From Candidatus Omnitrophota bacterium (GTDB lineage: Bacteria; Omnitrophota; Gorgyraeia; JAHIPI01): a DNA stretch of 64,000 nucleotides. The stretch is from NCBI GenBank assembly GCA_043800065.1, contig JAZDNG010000029.1, forward strand, positions 2,837-66,836, written 5' to 3'. The position numbers and the translations under genes are program-made. Shown in pieces: positions 1-8,564 of the stretch; within the stretch, counting starts at the first letter, position 1, and every line of letters begins with the position of its first letter. The notes below the pieces were generated by a model. That model was given only the letters and a program-made list of their open reading frames with translations. It had not been told where the DNA came from and searched no databases.

Positions 1-2
1 AT

Positions 3-233
3 CACTTAGTGGATTATTTAGAAAAAAACGGTATTGAAACGAGAGATTTGTTTTCATCCATGCCTACCCAGTGCCCCGGCTTTTCCTTCCTCGGCTATAA
101 ATCAGGGGATTTTCCTAATGCCGAATATATCGGAAATAACGGCTTACATATAGGAGTTCATCAAGACCTGGGAGAGCGGCACATAGATTATTTTATGGAC
201 GTGGTGGCGAAATTTTTGCGGAGATCAGTCTAA
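3..233 (+). CDS. DegT/DnrJ/EryC1/StrS aminotransferase, C-terminal fragment (truncated by window edge)
   Basis: Typical C-terminus 'L..NGIETR.LF...FPNAEYIG..GLHIGVHQDL'; frame is open to the window start. Confidence 0.75.
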   Translation, partial: HLVDYLEKNGIETRDLFSSMPTQCPGFSFLGYKSGDFPNAEYIGNNGLHIGVHQDLGERHIDYFMDVVAKFLRRSV

Positions 234-1530
234 AGCTTTCAAATATCCCTCTTGCGCTTATCACAAGATAAAACGGCACTATCGGCACCCTCATTCGGGA
301 ATAGGCCAAAACCCCTGACAACGCTGTAAAATAGCAAATGGTCATCATAAGAAGCAGGGCAAATATCCGCTTATCCTTCGGCCATACAATAATCAATCCG
401 ATTACAACAAAGAGATACTCCAGTATTTGCTTTGTCAATAGAATCAAGGTGGGAAGTTCATTATAGTAATTCGCGATTATTTTATGCGCAGTAAGCGGGA
501 TATCTTCCGTTATCGAAAACGGCTTTGCTTTAATTGCGAACAGGTCTGATATGCCGGTTCTCGCCGTTCCGAAATACATCATGAGGATGCGTTTTGTGAA
601 ATATTTTGCATATTGAACGGGATTTTCAGAGATATATGAAAAAGCTATCTTCCTGTATATTTTTGCTTCCTCGAATGGATTTGTAATGCCTTCTACCGAA
701 TTGCCCACTAACGCTTCCAAGGCCTCGTCCCGACTAATGTTTTCCGCATTTACTTTCGCAAGTACTGCCCCTCCTCTGCAAAAAAAGCGACCGGATGTTG
801 TCGATACGGCGTAATAACCGTAGGTCCGTAAATTATGAAGTTGCCATGGAGATATTACAGCACAGAAGACCAGAAGTAGCATTACGATATTGCGTAATTT
901 TTGAGAGATGCTGCCGGCGCTAAACATCAAAACGATAAAAAAGACCGCGGGGAAATACTGGCTTATAGGCCTAAAGAGAGTGGCCAAACCGGCGAAGAGC
1001 CCGGCTAATGCAAATCCCGATAACATGTTTTTCGTTAACCCCTTTATAAAGAAGAGGATACTCAAAGCAAAAAGGAATGTAAACGGAACTTCGGTAAGAA
1101 GTCTGATGCTGTAATAGGCAGATAGAAAGTTTACAGAATAAAGAAAAGCTGCTATAAGCGCAATTTTCTCAGATTGGAATACATCCTTTGCTATAAAATA
1201 AACTATTATCGCGATACCGGTATCCATTAAAACTTGCAGGAGAAGTACAAACCACGGTTTTGCTCCAAAGAGAAAATAGATAACCGCAAGAAATACCGGG
1301 TAGCCGGGGACTGCAAAAGCATCAACGTTTGAAAATGACTTGCTGGTAAGCAAGCCCACGGCATACGCCGTATAGCGAGCCGAGTCGCCAACCACGATTT
1401 TATTTCGTACTGCCCCTTCGTTCCATGGTTCGAGGGCAACAAAAAAAGAAAACCGTATCAAAAGAGATAATACGCAGATAAACCCCAATACCAGGGCTGC
1501 GTTTTTGGAATACCTGCCGATACTTGCCAT
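193..1530 (-). CDS. Multi-pass membrane GT-C glycosyltransferase (PMT/ArnT, family 39-like)
   Basis: N-terminal 'GDSARY', 'PGYPVFLA', 'LLTEVPF', 'ATLFRP', many transmembrane segments, C-terminal 'SRMRVPI'. Confidence 0.75.
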   Translation of the reverse strand: MASIGRYSKNAALVLGFICVLSLLIRFSFFVALEPWNEGAVRNKIVVGDSARYTAYAVGLLTSKSFSNVDAFAVPGYPVFLAVIYFLFGAKPWFVLLLQVLMDTGIAIIVYFIAKDVFQSEKIALIAAFLYSVNFLSAYYSIRLLTEVPFTFLFALSILFFIKGLTKNMLSGFALAGLFAGLATLFRPISQYFPAVFFIVLMFSAGSISQKLRNIVMLLLVFCAVISPWQLHNLRTYGYYAVSTTSGRFFCRGGAVLAKVNAENISRDEALEALVGNSVEGITNPFEEAKIYRKIAFSYISENPVQYAKYFTKRILMMYFGTARTGISDLFAIKAKPFSITEDIPLTAHKIIANYYNELPTLILLTKQILEYLFVVIGLIIVWPKDKRIFALLLMMTICYFTALSGVLAYSRMRVPIVPFYLVISARGIFESFRLISAKISPPRP

Positions 1531-1541
1531 TTTTCTGATCT

Positions 1542-2174
1542 TTATTCGGTTATTTCTCTTATATTGAAGTTGCTTTTGCTTTTGTCAAAATTTTTATCTA
1601 TGGTAGTGAGGGCATCTAGATTCTTCAGGCCGCGCTCTGCGGCATGGTCGTGAGGTTTTATCTCAAGGACTTTTTTGAAGCACTGCCTGGCCCGTTCATA
1701 ATTCCCTAAATTAGAATGTATCTCTCCCAATAATTCATATACAACGGCGCTTTTCTTTGCGGCTTCTGCGGCACTTTCCAGTGTTACGACAGCGGCCTCT
1801 TCCATTTCTTCAAACTTGAGGAGTATCCCCAGTTTAGTCAGGGCTGCTGCGTTTTTAGGATCGTTTTTAAGTATATCTTCGTAGATAGCCATGGCGTCGT
1901 GAAAGTTACCCTTCATCTCATTGAGCATCGCCAGGAACATAGGGATTAAAGAGAAGATTCTTCTTATGAAGATGGCCAGGGTATTAGGCGGGTTTTCTTC
2001 GATATGCCTTATTTCCGCAATTCTTAAAAGTTGCCTCGCCTTTGCAAAATCAGGCTTTATATTGATGGCGTGGGTAAGCAGGTCTATGGCATATTTATAA
2101 TTCCGCCTCTCCAATGCTATCTGCGCCTTCTCGTAGTGGTCCTTAATCTCTTTCGGTATAGCATCTTCCGGCAT
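1542..2174 (-). CDS. Tetratricopeptide repeat protein
   Basis: Repeated TPR helices (e.g. 'LGEIHSNLGNYERARQCFKKVLEIKP'). Confidence 0.8.
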   Translation of the reverse strand: MPEDAIPKEIKDHYEKAQIALERRNYKYAIDLLTHAINIKPDFAKARQLLRIAEIRHIEENPPNTLAIFIRRIFSLIPMFLAMLNEMKGNFHDAMAIYEDILKNDPKNAAALTKLGILLKFEEMEEAAVVTLESAAEAAKKSAVVYELLGEIHSNLGNYERARQCFKKVLEIKPHDHAAERGLKNLDALTTIDKNFDKSKSNFNIREITE

Positions 2175-2201
2175 ATTTTAGTCCTTCTGTTTTAGTTTAC
2201 G

Positions 2202-2981
2202 TCAGTTTTTTAAATACGCCCCAACCGTTGCGTTAAACTTATCTTTGTCACATTTCGGTACAAAGATCAAGTTGCCCCATGTAGGCTCATAGTCAAGGGG
2301 GTAGGAGACGCACCGGAGCCATTTACGGTAAGGCCGCGGGAAGCCCTCTCTGCTATATTCTATAGGGGGCGCCCAGTCAGAAACAAATGTTGCATACCCT
2401 TGCTTATTCATATAAGCTGCCATATCATGGTGGGTATAGCCAAAATGGGGGCGTGAACGTTCATCCAAAAATTCCGCTATTATAAGCTCGGGATGATATT
2501 TCGTAAAATCAAAACCTTTGAGCGCCAGAAAATCAGCCCCCTCAATGTCAATTTTTAAGAACGTCACGGTTTTGATATTTAATTCTTTAAGCACATCTTT
2601 TAAAGTGACTGTTTCTACTTCATAGGCCAATTTATGAGTCTTATCGAAAGGTTTAAATGAATGGATTCCCCAATGTATGGCACTTACGTAAAAAGATACC
2701 TTGGCGTTTGCGTCCGATACGGCCTTAGAGATGCAGGTTACATTCTTAAATCCGGCTAAATTATGTTTAAGCGTAGCATACATCTTTCGTTCCGGCTCAA
2801 AAGCCAGAATCCCCCAGCCCTTTTCTGCGAATATGCGCGTGACACGGCCATTATGAGCGCCTACATCTACCAAAAAAGGCTCGTTACTATTAAACTTATA
2901 AGTTGCTATGAGCTCGTGTTCCGAAAATTCCATATTTTTCACCATTTGATTTACCGCCAATAGGGCATCCGTTGAGGACAC
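2202..2981 (-). CDS. FkbM family SAM-dependent methyltransferase (true start probably the ATG at 2945 or later)
   Basis: Motifs 'VDVGAHNG', 'AFEP', 'FLKIDIEGAD'. Confidence 0.85.
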   Translation of the reverse strand: MSSTDALLAVNQMVKNMEFSEHELIATYKFNSNEPFLVDVGAHNGRVTRIFAEKGWGILAFEPERKMYATLKHNLAGFKNVTCISKAVSDANAKVSFYVSAIHWGIHSFKPFDKTHKLAYEVETVTLKDVLKELNIKTVTFLKIDIEGADFLALKGFDFTKYHPELIIAEFLDERSRPHFGYTHHDMAAYMNKQGYATFVSDWAPPIEYSREGFPRPYRKWLRCVSYPLDYEPTWGNLIFVPKCDKDKFNATVGAYLKN

Positions 2982-2984
2982 TTT

Positions 2985-3013
2985 ATTCTAGCACACATAA
3001 AGTAGAGTATCAA
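2985..3013 (-). promoter_or_regulatory. Sigma70-type promoter for the FkbM/TPR/GT-C genes
   Basis: Minus strand reads TTGATA-17 nt-TAGAAT with an extended -10 TG. Confidence 0.55.
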
Positions 3014-3102
3014 CTTTTTATTTTTAAGATATTTTAATTGTTTAGCCAACTGTGCGATAGCGTGGTAATAGCGAGAAGGCACCGTCATCCCGCCTTCTTG
3101 AT

Positions 3103-3181
3103 TGTACAAAAATTGAACAAAACCGTTTTTATACTTGACATCCGCTCCCTCAGGACATACAATATGTTCAACTAATGAACA
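3103..3181 (+). promoter_or_regulatory. Sigma70 promoter flanked by two TGTTCA-N5-TGAACA palindromic operators
   Basis: TTGACA 3135-3140, 17-nt spacer, TACAAT 3158-3163; operators TGTACAaaaatTGAACA 3103-3119 and TGTTCAactaaTGAACA 3165-3181. Confidence 0.75.
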
Positions 3182-3192
3182 GATTGGAGATT

Positions 3193-3528
3193 ATGAATAA
3201 CCACGTTGCTTTAAAAGAAGAACAGACGCTTAATCTTATACGCGAGGTAGAAAAAGACCCCGCACTTAACCAAAGAACGCTTTCCCAGAAACTTAACGTG
3301 TCTTTGGGTAAGACAAACTACCTTCTTAATGAACTTGCCAAAAAAGGCGTTATCAAAATAGCCAGTTTCTCTAAAAATCCCAAAAAGGCCAAGAAGATAC
3401 GCTACATTCTTACACAAAAAGGCCTTCAGCAGAAAATAAAACTTACCTGCCAATTTCTCCAGGTTAAGGAGACGGAGTATAAAAAGCTGAAAGATGAATA
3501 TGATGAATATGTTAACGGGAGGGTATGA
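3193..3528 (+). CDS. MarR-family EPS-associated transcriptional regulator (wHTH)
   Basis: 'NQRTLSQKLNVSLGKTNYLL...KGVIK...YILTQKG' signature; GGAG RBS before ATG 3193; heads a polysaccharide operon. Confidence 0.85.
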   Translation: MNNHVALKEEQTLNLIREVEKDPALNQRTLSQKLNVSLGKTNYLLNELAKKGVIKIASFSKNPKKAKKIRYILTQKGLQQKIKLTCQFLQVKETEYKKLKDEYDEYVNGRV

Positions 3529-4517
3529 TGTTAAATAATAAAGTGGTTCTTATAACAGGCGGAACGGGCTCTTTCGGACAGAGATTTACGGAAATAATAT
3601 TCCAAAAGTACCGGCCCAAAAAAATTGTCATATTGAGCAGGGATGAATTTAAGCAATCCGAAATGGCCAGGCGCTTTTACGCCTCTAAGTATAACATCCG
3701 GTTTTTCCTGGGGGACATAAGGGACAAAGATAGGTTGGAGCGGGCCTTTGAGGGCATTGATTATGTAGTCCACGCCGCGGCATTAAAACAAGTTCCGGCC
3801 CTTGAATATAATCCTGGCGAGGCCGTAAAGACCAACATAATCGGCGCGGATAATATCGTCGCCGCCGCCATTAATAAAAATGTTAAGAAAGTAATAGCCC
3901 TATCTACGGATAAAGCGGTAAATCCCATAAGTTTATACGGCGCTACTAAATTGGTGGCGGAAAAGGTATTTGTTGATGCCAATGCCTACGGCGGCAACAG
4001 GGTAAAATTTTCAGTCGTCAGGTACGGCAATGTTGTGGCATCCCGCGGCAGCGTAATCCAGCTTTTTATGGAATTAAAGAAGAAGAATATTAAAGAATTG
4101 CCCATAACGGATGCCAGGATGACGCGTTTTTGGATGACGCTAGAACAAAGTGTTAAGCTTGTAATCAAGGCGCTGGAAGATGCAGAGGGAGGAGAGATAT
4201 TTATACCCCGTATCCCGTCTATGAAAATAATAGATTTGGCAAGGGCCATTGAACCGAAATGTCGCTTTAAGGTTATAGGGATAAGGCCCGGCGAAAAGAT
4301 GCACGAATCATTGACCGCAGAAGATGACTGCAGCAGGATCAAAATATACAGGGATATGTATGTTATTCTGCCGCAATTTTTTGAAAGAAAAGAAGTGCAT
4401 AGAAAATACGAAAAATGCAAATCTGTTCCTAATGGATTTAGCTATAGGAGCGATAATAACATTAGTTGGCTTACCGTAACAAAATTGAGGAAAATTTTGG
4501 ATAATATGACAATATGA
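3525..4517 (+). CDS. pseB: UDP-N-acetylglucosamine 4,6-dehydratase (inverting)
   Basis: 'TGGTGSFG', 'SRDEFKQ', 'HAAALKQVP', 'LSTDKA', 'YGATK', 'RYGNV..SRGSV', 'MTRFW', 'GIRPGEK'. Confidence 0.92.
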   Translation: MMLNNKVVLITGGTGSFGQRFTEIIFQKYRPKKIVILSRDEFKQSEMARRFYASKYNIRFFLGDIRDKDRLERAFEGIDYVVHAAALKQVPALEYNPGEAVKTNIIGADNIVAAAINKNVKKVIALSTDKAVNPISLYGATKLVAEKVFVDANAYGGNRVKFSVVRYGNVVASRGSVIQLFMELKKKNIKELPITDARMTRFWMTLEQSVKLVIKALEDAEGGEIFIPRIPSMKIIDLARAIEPKCRFKVIGIRPGEKMHESLTAEDDCSRIKIYRDMYVILPQFFERKEVHRKYEKCKSVPNGFSYRSDNNISWLTVTKLRKILDNMTI

Positions 4518-5668
4518 AAAAAATACTATACGCGCACCAATACATAGATTCTGCCGATATAGATTCGGTCCACATGGCGCTTAAGTCGGATTGGCTTACG
4601 CAGGGGCCGAAGATAAAGGAATTTGAAGATGTATTATATAATTATGCCGGCGCTAAATATGCCGTTGCGGTATCGAGCGGAACAGCCGCGCTACATCTTG
4701 CCATGATGGCGCTCGGAATAGGCAAGGGAGACGAAATCATTACCTCTCCCATCACTTTTTCTGCCAGCGCAAATTGCGCCGTATATGTGGGGGCTACCCC
4801 AAGATTTGTGGATATAGATGATGCTACCTACCATTTGGACATAAAAAAATTAAAAGATTTTCTAAAAGTGCCGTCGCACAGAAAGAAAGTAAAAGCGATT
4901 ATTCCCGTCGATTTTATGGGAACTGTTATTGACACGCCGGCAATAATGAAGGTCTGCGATAAATATGGCATATATATAGTAGAAGATGCGGCACATGCCT
5001 TGGGTGCCGAATACAGATACAACAAAGAATGGCTCAAGGTAGGAAGTTGCCGCCATTGCGATATAACAATACTCAGCTTTCACCCTATAAAACATATAAC
5101 CACGGGCGAAGGCGGCGCCATTCTTACTAATAATAAAGATGTTTGTGAGGCAGCATTGCGGTTTCGCCATCACGGTATTTGCCGGGTTAAAAATAAGCCA
5201 AAATGGATGTACGATATTCCGCAACCGGGATTTAATTACCGTATTACCGATTTTCAGTGCGCTTTGGGTATATCCCAGATGAAAAAATTGGATAAAATGG
5301 TAAATGTGCGTAGGCGATTAGTCGGTAGCTATAACGACGCCTTTAGCTTGATCGAAGAAATCCGATTACCGTATGAAGCAAAAGATACTAAAGCATCATA
5401 CCATTTGTATACCATAAGAGTTCCTGCGGCGCGGCGCAACAGGCTATATGATTATCTAAGGGGCAAAGGCATCCTTACCCAAGTAAATTATATCCCAGTA
5501 CATTTGCTTTCTTATTATAAGAAGAATTTCGGATATAAACGCGGAGATTTTCCGGTTGCCGAAAGATATTTCGACGAATGCCTTAGCCTTCCGCTGCATG
5601 TTGGCCTGTCTAGACAAGACCAAAAAAAAGTAATAGACGAAACCATAAGGTTTTTTAGGAATGAGTGA
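4514..5668 (+). CDS. pseC: UDP-4-amino-4,6-dideoxy-N-acetyl-altrosamine transaminase (DegT family)
   Basis: 'WLTQGP', 'SSGTAALH', 'EDAAHALG', 'SFHPIKHITTGEGG', 'GFNYRITD'; follows pseB. Confidence 0.88.
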   Translation: MKKILYAHQYIDSADIDSVHMALKSDWLTQGPKIKEFEDVLYNYAGAKYAVAVSSGTAALHLAMMALGIGKGDEIITSPITFSASANCAVYVGATPRFVDIDDATYHLDIKKLKDFLKVPSHRKKVKAIIPVDFMGTVIDTPAIMKVCDKYGIYIVEDAAHALGAEYRYNKEWLKVGSCRHCDITILSFHPIKHITTGEGGAILTNNKDVCEAALRFRHHGICRVKNKPKWMYDIPQPGFNYRITDFQCALGISQMKKLDKMVNVRRRLVGSYNDAFSLIEEIRLPYEAKDTKASYHLYTIRVPAARRNRLYDYLRGKGILTQVNYIPVHLLSYYKKNFGYKRGDFPVAERYFDECLSLPLHVGLSRQDQKKVIDETIRFFRNE

Positions 5669-6539
5669 TATTTCTGCAAAAAAATTATCATTAGGCACGG
5701 CACAATTCGGCATGGACTACGGAATCGCAAACGAGAGAGGGCGGATGCCAAAAGACAGCGTTTTCAAAGTCCTAGAATATGCAAGCGCTGCCGGCATGGA
5801 TACGCTTGATACCGCATACGAATACGGCGACAGCGAAGAGATCATAGGCGAGTATCTAAAAAATTCAAATAACAGATTTAAGATAATCTCTAAAATGCCC
5901 AAAGCAAACGGCAGTATGGATGATCCGGTTTCGTATTTCCCAAAAAGCTTGAAGCGTCTTAAGCAAGATAAAATTCATGGCTACCTAGTTAGGGATTCGG
6001 AAATCGCAGGATATGAAGAATTATATAAGAAACTTCTTGTCCTAAAAAAAGACGGTCTTATCGAGAAGATAGGCCTGTCCCTATATACTACAGATTCGCT
6101 CGATCAGATCTTAAGGCTCGATTTGCCCGTAGATATACTGCAAGCCCCTTATAATATTTTTGACAGGCGGTTTGAACGCTATTTTCCGGCGCTTAGAGCG
6201 CGCGGCGTTGATATACATACGCGGTCGGTATTTTTGCAAGGGTTATTTTTTCTAAACGAAAAAAGGATCGCCAAAGACTTTACCACCGCAAGTCTTGCGA
6301 TATCGCAACTGCGCGGAGTTTCATCCGGATGCGGCGTGCCGATAGCTGCGTTATGCCTTTCTTTCGTGATGCTGAATAGCAATATAGACAAGGTGATAAT
6401 AGGCGTTGATTCATTAGATCAGCTTAAAGAAAACGTGGATTCATTGAAGTATGTCGGCAAAGTGCAGCAGTTAGGCGACAGTTTAAACGCGCTGGAACTA
6501 GAAAAGGAAGAAATAATTCTTCCGTATACATGGAAATGA
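5661..6539 (+). CDS. Aldo/keto reductase
   Basis: 'LGTAQFG..YG', 'LDTAYEYGDSE', 'RSVFLQG'. Confidence 0.85.
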   Translation: MSDISAKKLSLGTAQFGMDYGIANERGRMPKDSVFKVLEYASAAGMDTLDTAYEYGDSEEIIGEYLKNSNNRFKIISKMPKANGSMDDPVSYFPKSLKRLKQDKIHGYLVRDSEIAGYEELYKKLLVLKKDGLIEKIGLSLYTTDSLDQILRLDLPVDILQAPYNIFDRRFERYFPALRARGVDIHTRSVFLQGLFFLNEKRIAKDFTTASLAISQLRGVSSGCGVPIAALCLSFVMLNSNIDKVIIGVDSLDQLKENVDSLKYVGKVQQLGDSLNALELEKEEIILPYTWK

Positions 6540-7261
6540 AAGCGACTATTATAGTACAGGCGAGAACGGGCTCTACGCGGCTTCCGGGTAAGGTGCTGCT
6601 GAAGGTGCTTAATAAAAGCGTACTTGAACACCTGATTGAGCGGCTTATGCGCGCGAAAGCGGTCGATAGGATAATTGTTGCGACAACTATCGCCCAAGAC
6701 GATAACAAGATCGTGGACCTAGCGGCCAAAATGGGTATTTCAGCATATCAGGGTTCAGAGGAAGATGTCCTTGACAGGTTTTATCAGACGGCGTTACAGT
6801 TCGGCTTAAAAGATATCGTGCGGATCACGGCTGATTGCCCCCTGATGGATCCGTCGGTGATCGACAAGGGGATTGAATGTTATTTTTCATCGGCTACCGA
6901 TTATGCGTCAAATGTCTTAGAACGTACTTATCCTGACGGCGAAGATGTCGAAGTATTCAGCTTCGATGCTCTTCGTCGCGCATGGAAGGAAACGAGGCTC
7001 CGGTCGGAGAGAGAGCACGTTACGTTGTATGTAAGAAAGCATCCGGAAAAATTCAAATTAACTAATTTTAAGAACGAGATAAACATCGCGGATAAACGAT
7101 GGACCCTTGACAGGGAAGAAGATTTTATTTTTGTAAAAAAAGTTTACGAAGGGCTGTATCCTGATAAGCAATATTTCGGCATGGAAGATATCATGAACTT
7201 TCTAAAAAATAATCCCGGCACGGAAGAGATCAATAAAAAATGGGTCAAACAATATGAATAA
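6536..7261 (+). CDS. spsF: SpsF-type acylneuraminate cytidylyltransferase
   Basis: 'IVQARTGSTRLPGKVL', 'GSEEDVLDRF', 'RITADCP', 'REHVT', 'RWTLD'. Confidence 0.85.
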   Translation: MKATIIVQARTGSTRLPGKVLLKVLNKSVLEHLIERLMRAKAVDRIIVATTIAQDDNKIVDLAAKMGISAYQGSEEDVLDRFYQTALQFGLKDIVRITADCPLMDPSVIDKGIECYFSSATDYASNVLERTYPDGEDVEVFSFDALRRAWKETRLRSEREHVTLYVRKHPEKFKLTNFKNEINIADKRWTLDREEDFIFVKKVYEGLYPDKQYFGMEDIMNFLKNNPGTEEINKKWVKQYE

Positions 7262-8564
7262 AGGCCAAACGTTATACAAAAAAGCAAAAAAGTTGATTCC
7301 CGGAGGGACGCAGCTTTTTTCCAAAAATCCGGAAAATTTCTTACCGGAACTTTGGCCGGCTTATTACGAAAAAGCAAAAGGCTGTAATATCTGGGGGCTA
7401 GACGGAAAAAAGTATCGCGATATGGGCCATATGGGTATCGGCGCCTGTATTTTGGGTTACGCCGATAAAGATGTCGATGGTGCGGTAAAGCGGGCAGTTC
7501 AAAAGGGTTCTATGACTACTCTTAATTGCTACGAAGAAGTCGAGTTAGCGGAATTGCTTTGCGATATTCATCCTTGGGCCAAGAAAGTGCGATACGCCAG
7601 AACCGGCGGCGAGGCAATGACTGTAGCGGTGAGGGTCGCCAGAACAAAGACAAAAAAAGATATAATACTTTTTTGCGGTTATCACGGTTGGCACGATTGG
7701 TATCTGTCCGCGAATTTGGCGGATGACAGGTGCTTGGACGGGCATCTTCTTCCGGGGTTGAAGCCGGCAGGGGTGCCGCGGGGGCTCAAAGGCACGTCGC
7801 TCCCGTTTAGTTATAACGACATAAACGGATTTACGAAATTAATAGAGAGGCACAAGGGTAAGATCGCCGCTGTGGTTATGGAGCCGATAAGGAATTATTC
7901 TCCCGACAGGGGGTTCCTTGAAACAATACGCGAAGCGGCGGATGATTCTGGAGCGATACTTATATTTGACGAAATCACGGCTGGGTGGCGCCTTAATTTC
8001 GGAGGAGCGCATCTTAAATTCGGGGTCGATCCGGATATAGCTGTTTTTGCGAAGGCCATAAGCAACGGTTACCCTATGGCGGCAATCATAGGAAAAAAAG
8101 ACGTAATGGACGCCGCCGAGGAGACTTTTATAAGCAGCACGTATTGGACAGAGCGCATAGGTCCGGTGGCTGCCCTGGCGACCATAAAAAAGTTAAAAAA
8201 GCTCAATATTTCGGCGCATCTTGAACATATGGGTAAAGTTGTCCAGGACGGCTGGAGGAAGACGGCGAAAAAACACAGCATTAACATAACTATAAGCGGG
8301 ACGCCGCCTTTAGGGCATTTCTCATTCTATTATGATAAGCCGCTTGTTTTAAAAACACTATTTACTCAGGAGATGCTCAAAAAAGGCTTTTTAGCGGCCC
8401 CGGCGTTTTACGCTTCGTATGCTCACAAGGAAAAGGACATAAATGAGTATCTGAAAGCCCTTGACAGCGTATTTAGGATTATTGCCTCGGCCGCAAAAAG
8501 CAGTAATCCCAAAAAGTATCTAAATGGACCGGTTTGCCATAGTGGATTCAAAAGGTTGGCATGA
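7254..8564 (+). CDS. Class III PLP aminotransferase (glutamate-1-semialdehyde aminomutase-like)
   Basis: 'IPGGTQLFSK', 'GYHGWHDW', 'FDEITAG', 'FAKAISNGYP'. Confidence 0.85.
   Translation: MNKGQTLYKKAKKLIPGGTQLFSKNPENFLPELWPAYYEKAKGCNIWGLDGKKYRDMGHMGIGACILGYADKDVDGAVKRAVQKGSMTTLNCYEEVELAELLCDIHPWAKKVRYARTGGEAMTVAVRVARTKTKKDIILFCGYHGWHDWYLSANLADDRCLDGHLLPGLKPAGVPRGLKGTSLPFSYNDINGFTKLIERHKGKIAAVVMEPIRNYSPDRGFLETIREAADDSGAILIFDEITAGWRLNFGGAHLKFGVDPDIAVFAKAISNGYPMAAIIGKKDVMDAAEETFISSTYWTERIGPVAALATIKKLKKLNISAHLEHMGKVVQDGWRKTAKKHSINITISGTPPLGHFSFYYDKPLVLKTLFTQEMLKKGFLAAPAFYASYAHKEKDINEYLKALDSVFRIIASAAKSSNPKKYLNGPVCHSGFKRLA

Noticed and set aside
3052-3064. TGCGATAGCGTG resembles the ops/JUMPstart element GGCGGTAGCGTG of polysaccharide operons
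   Set aside because: Two mismatches in the core, and it lies upstream of the promoter so would not be transcribed with the operon
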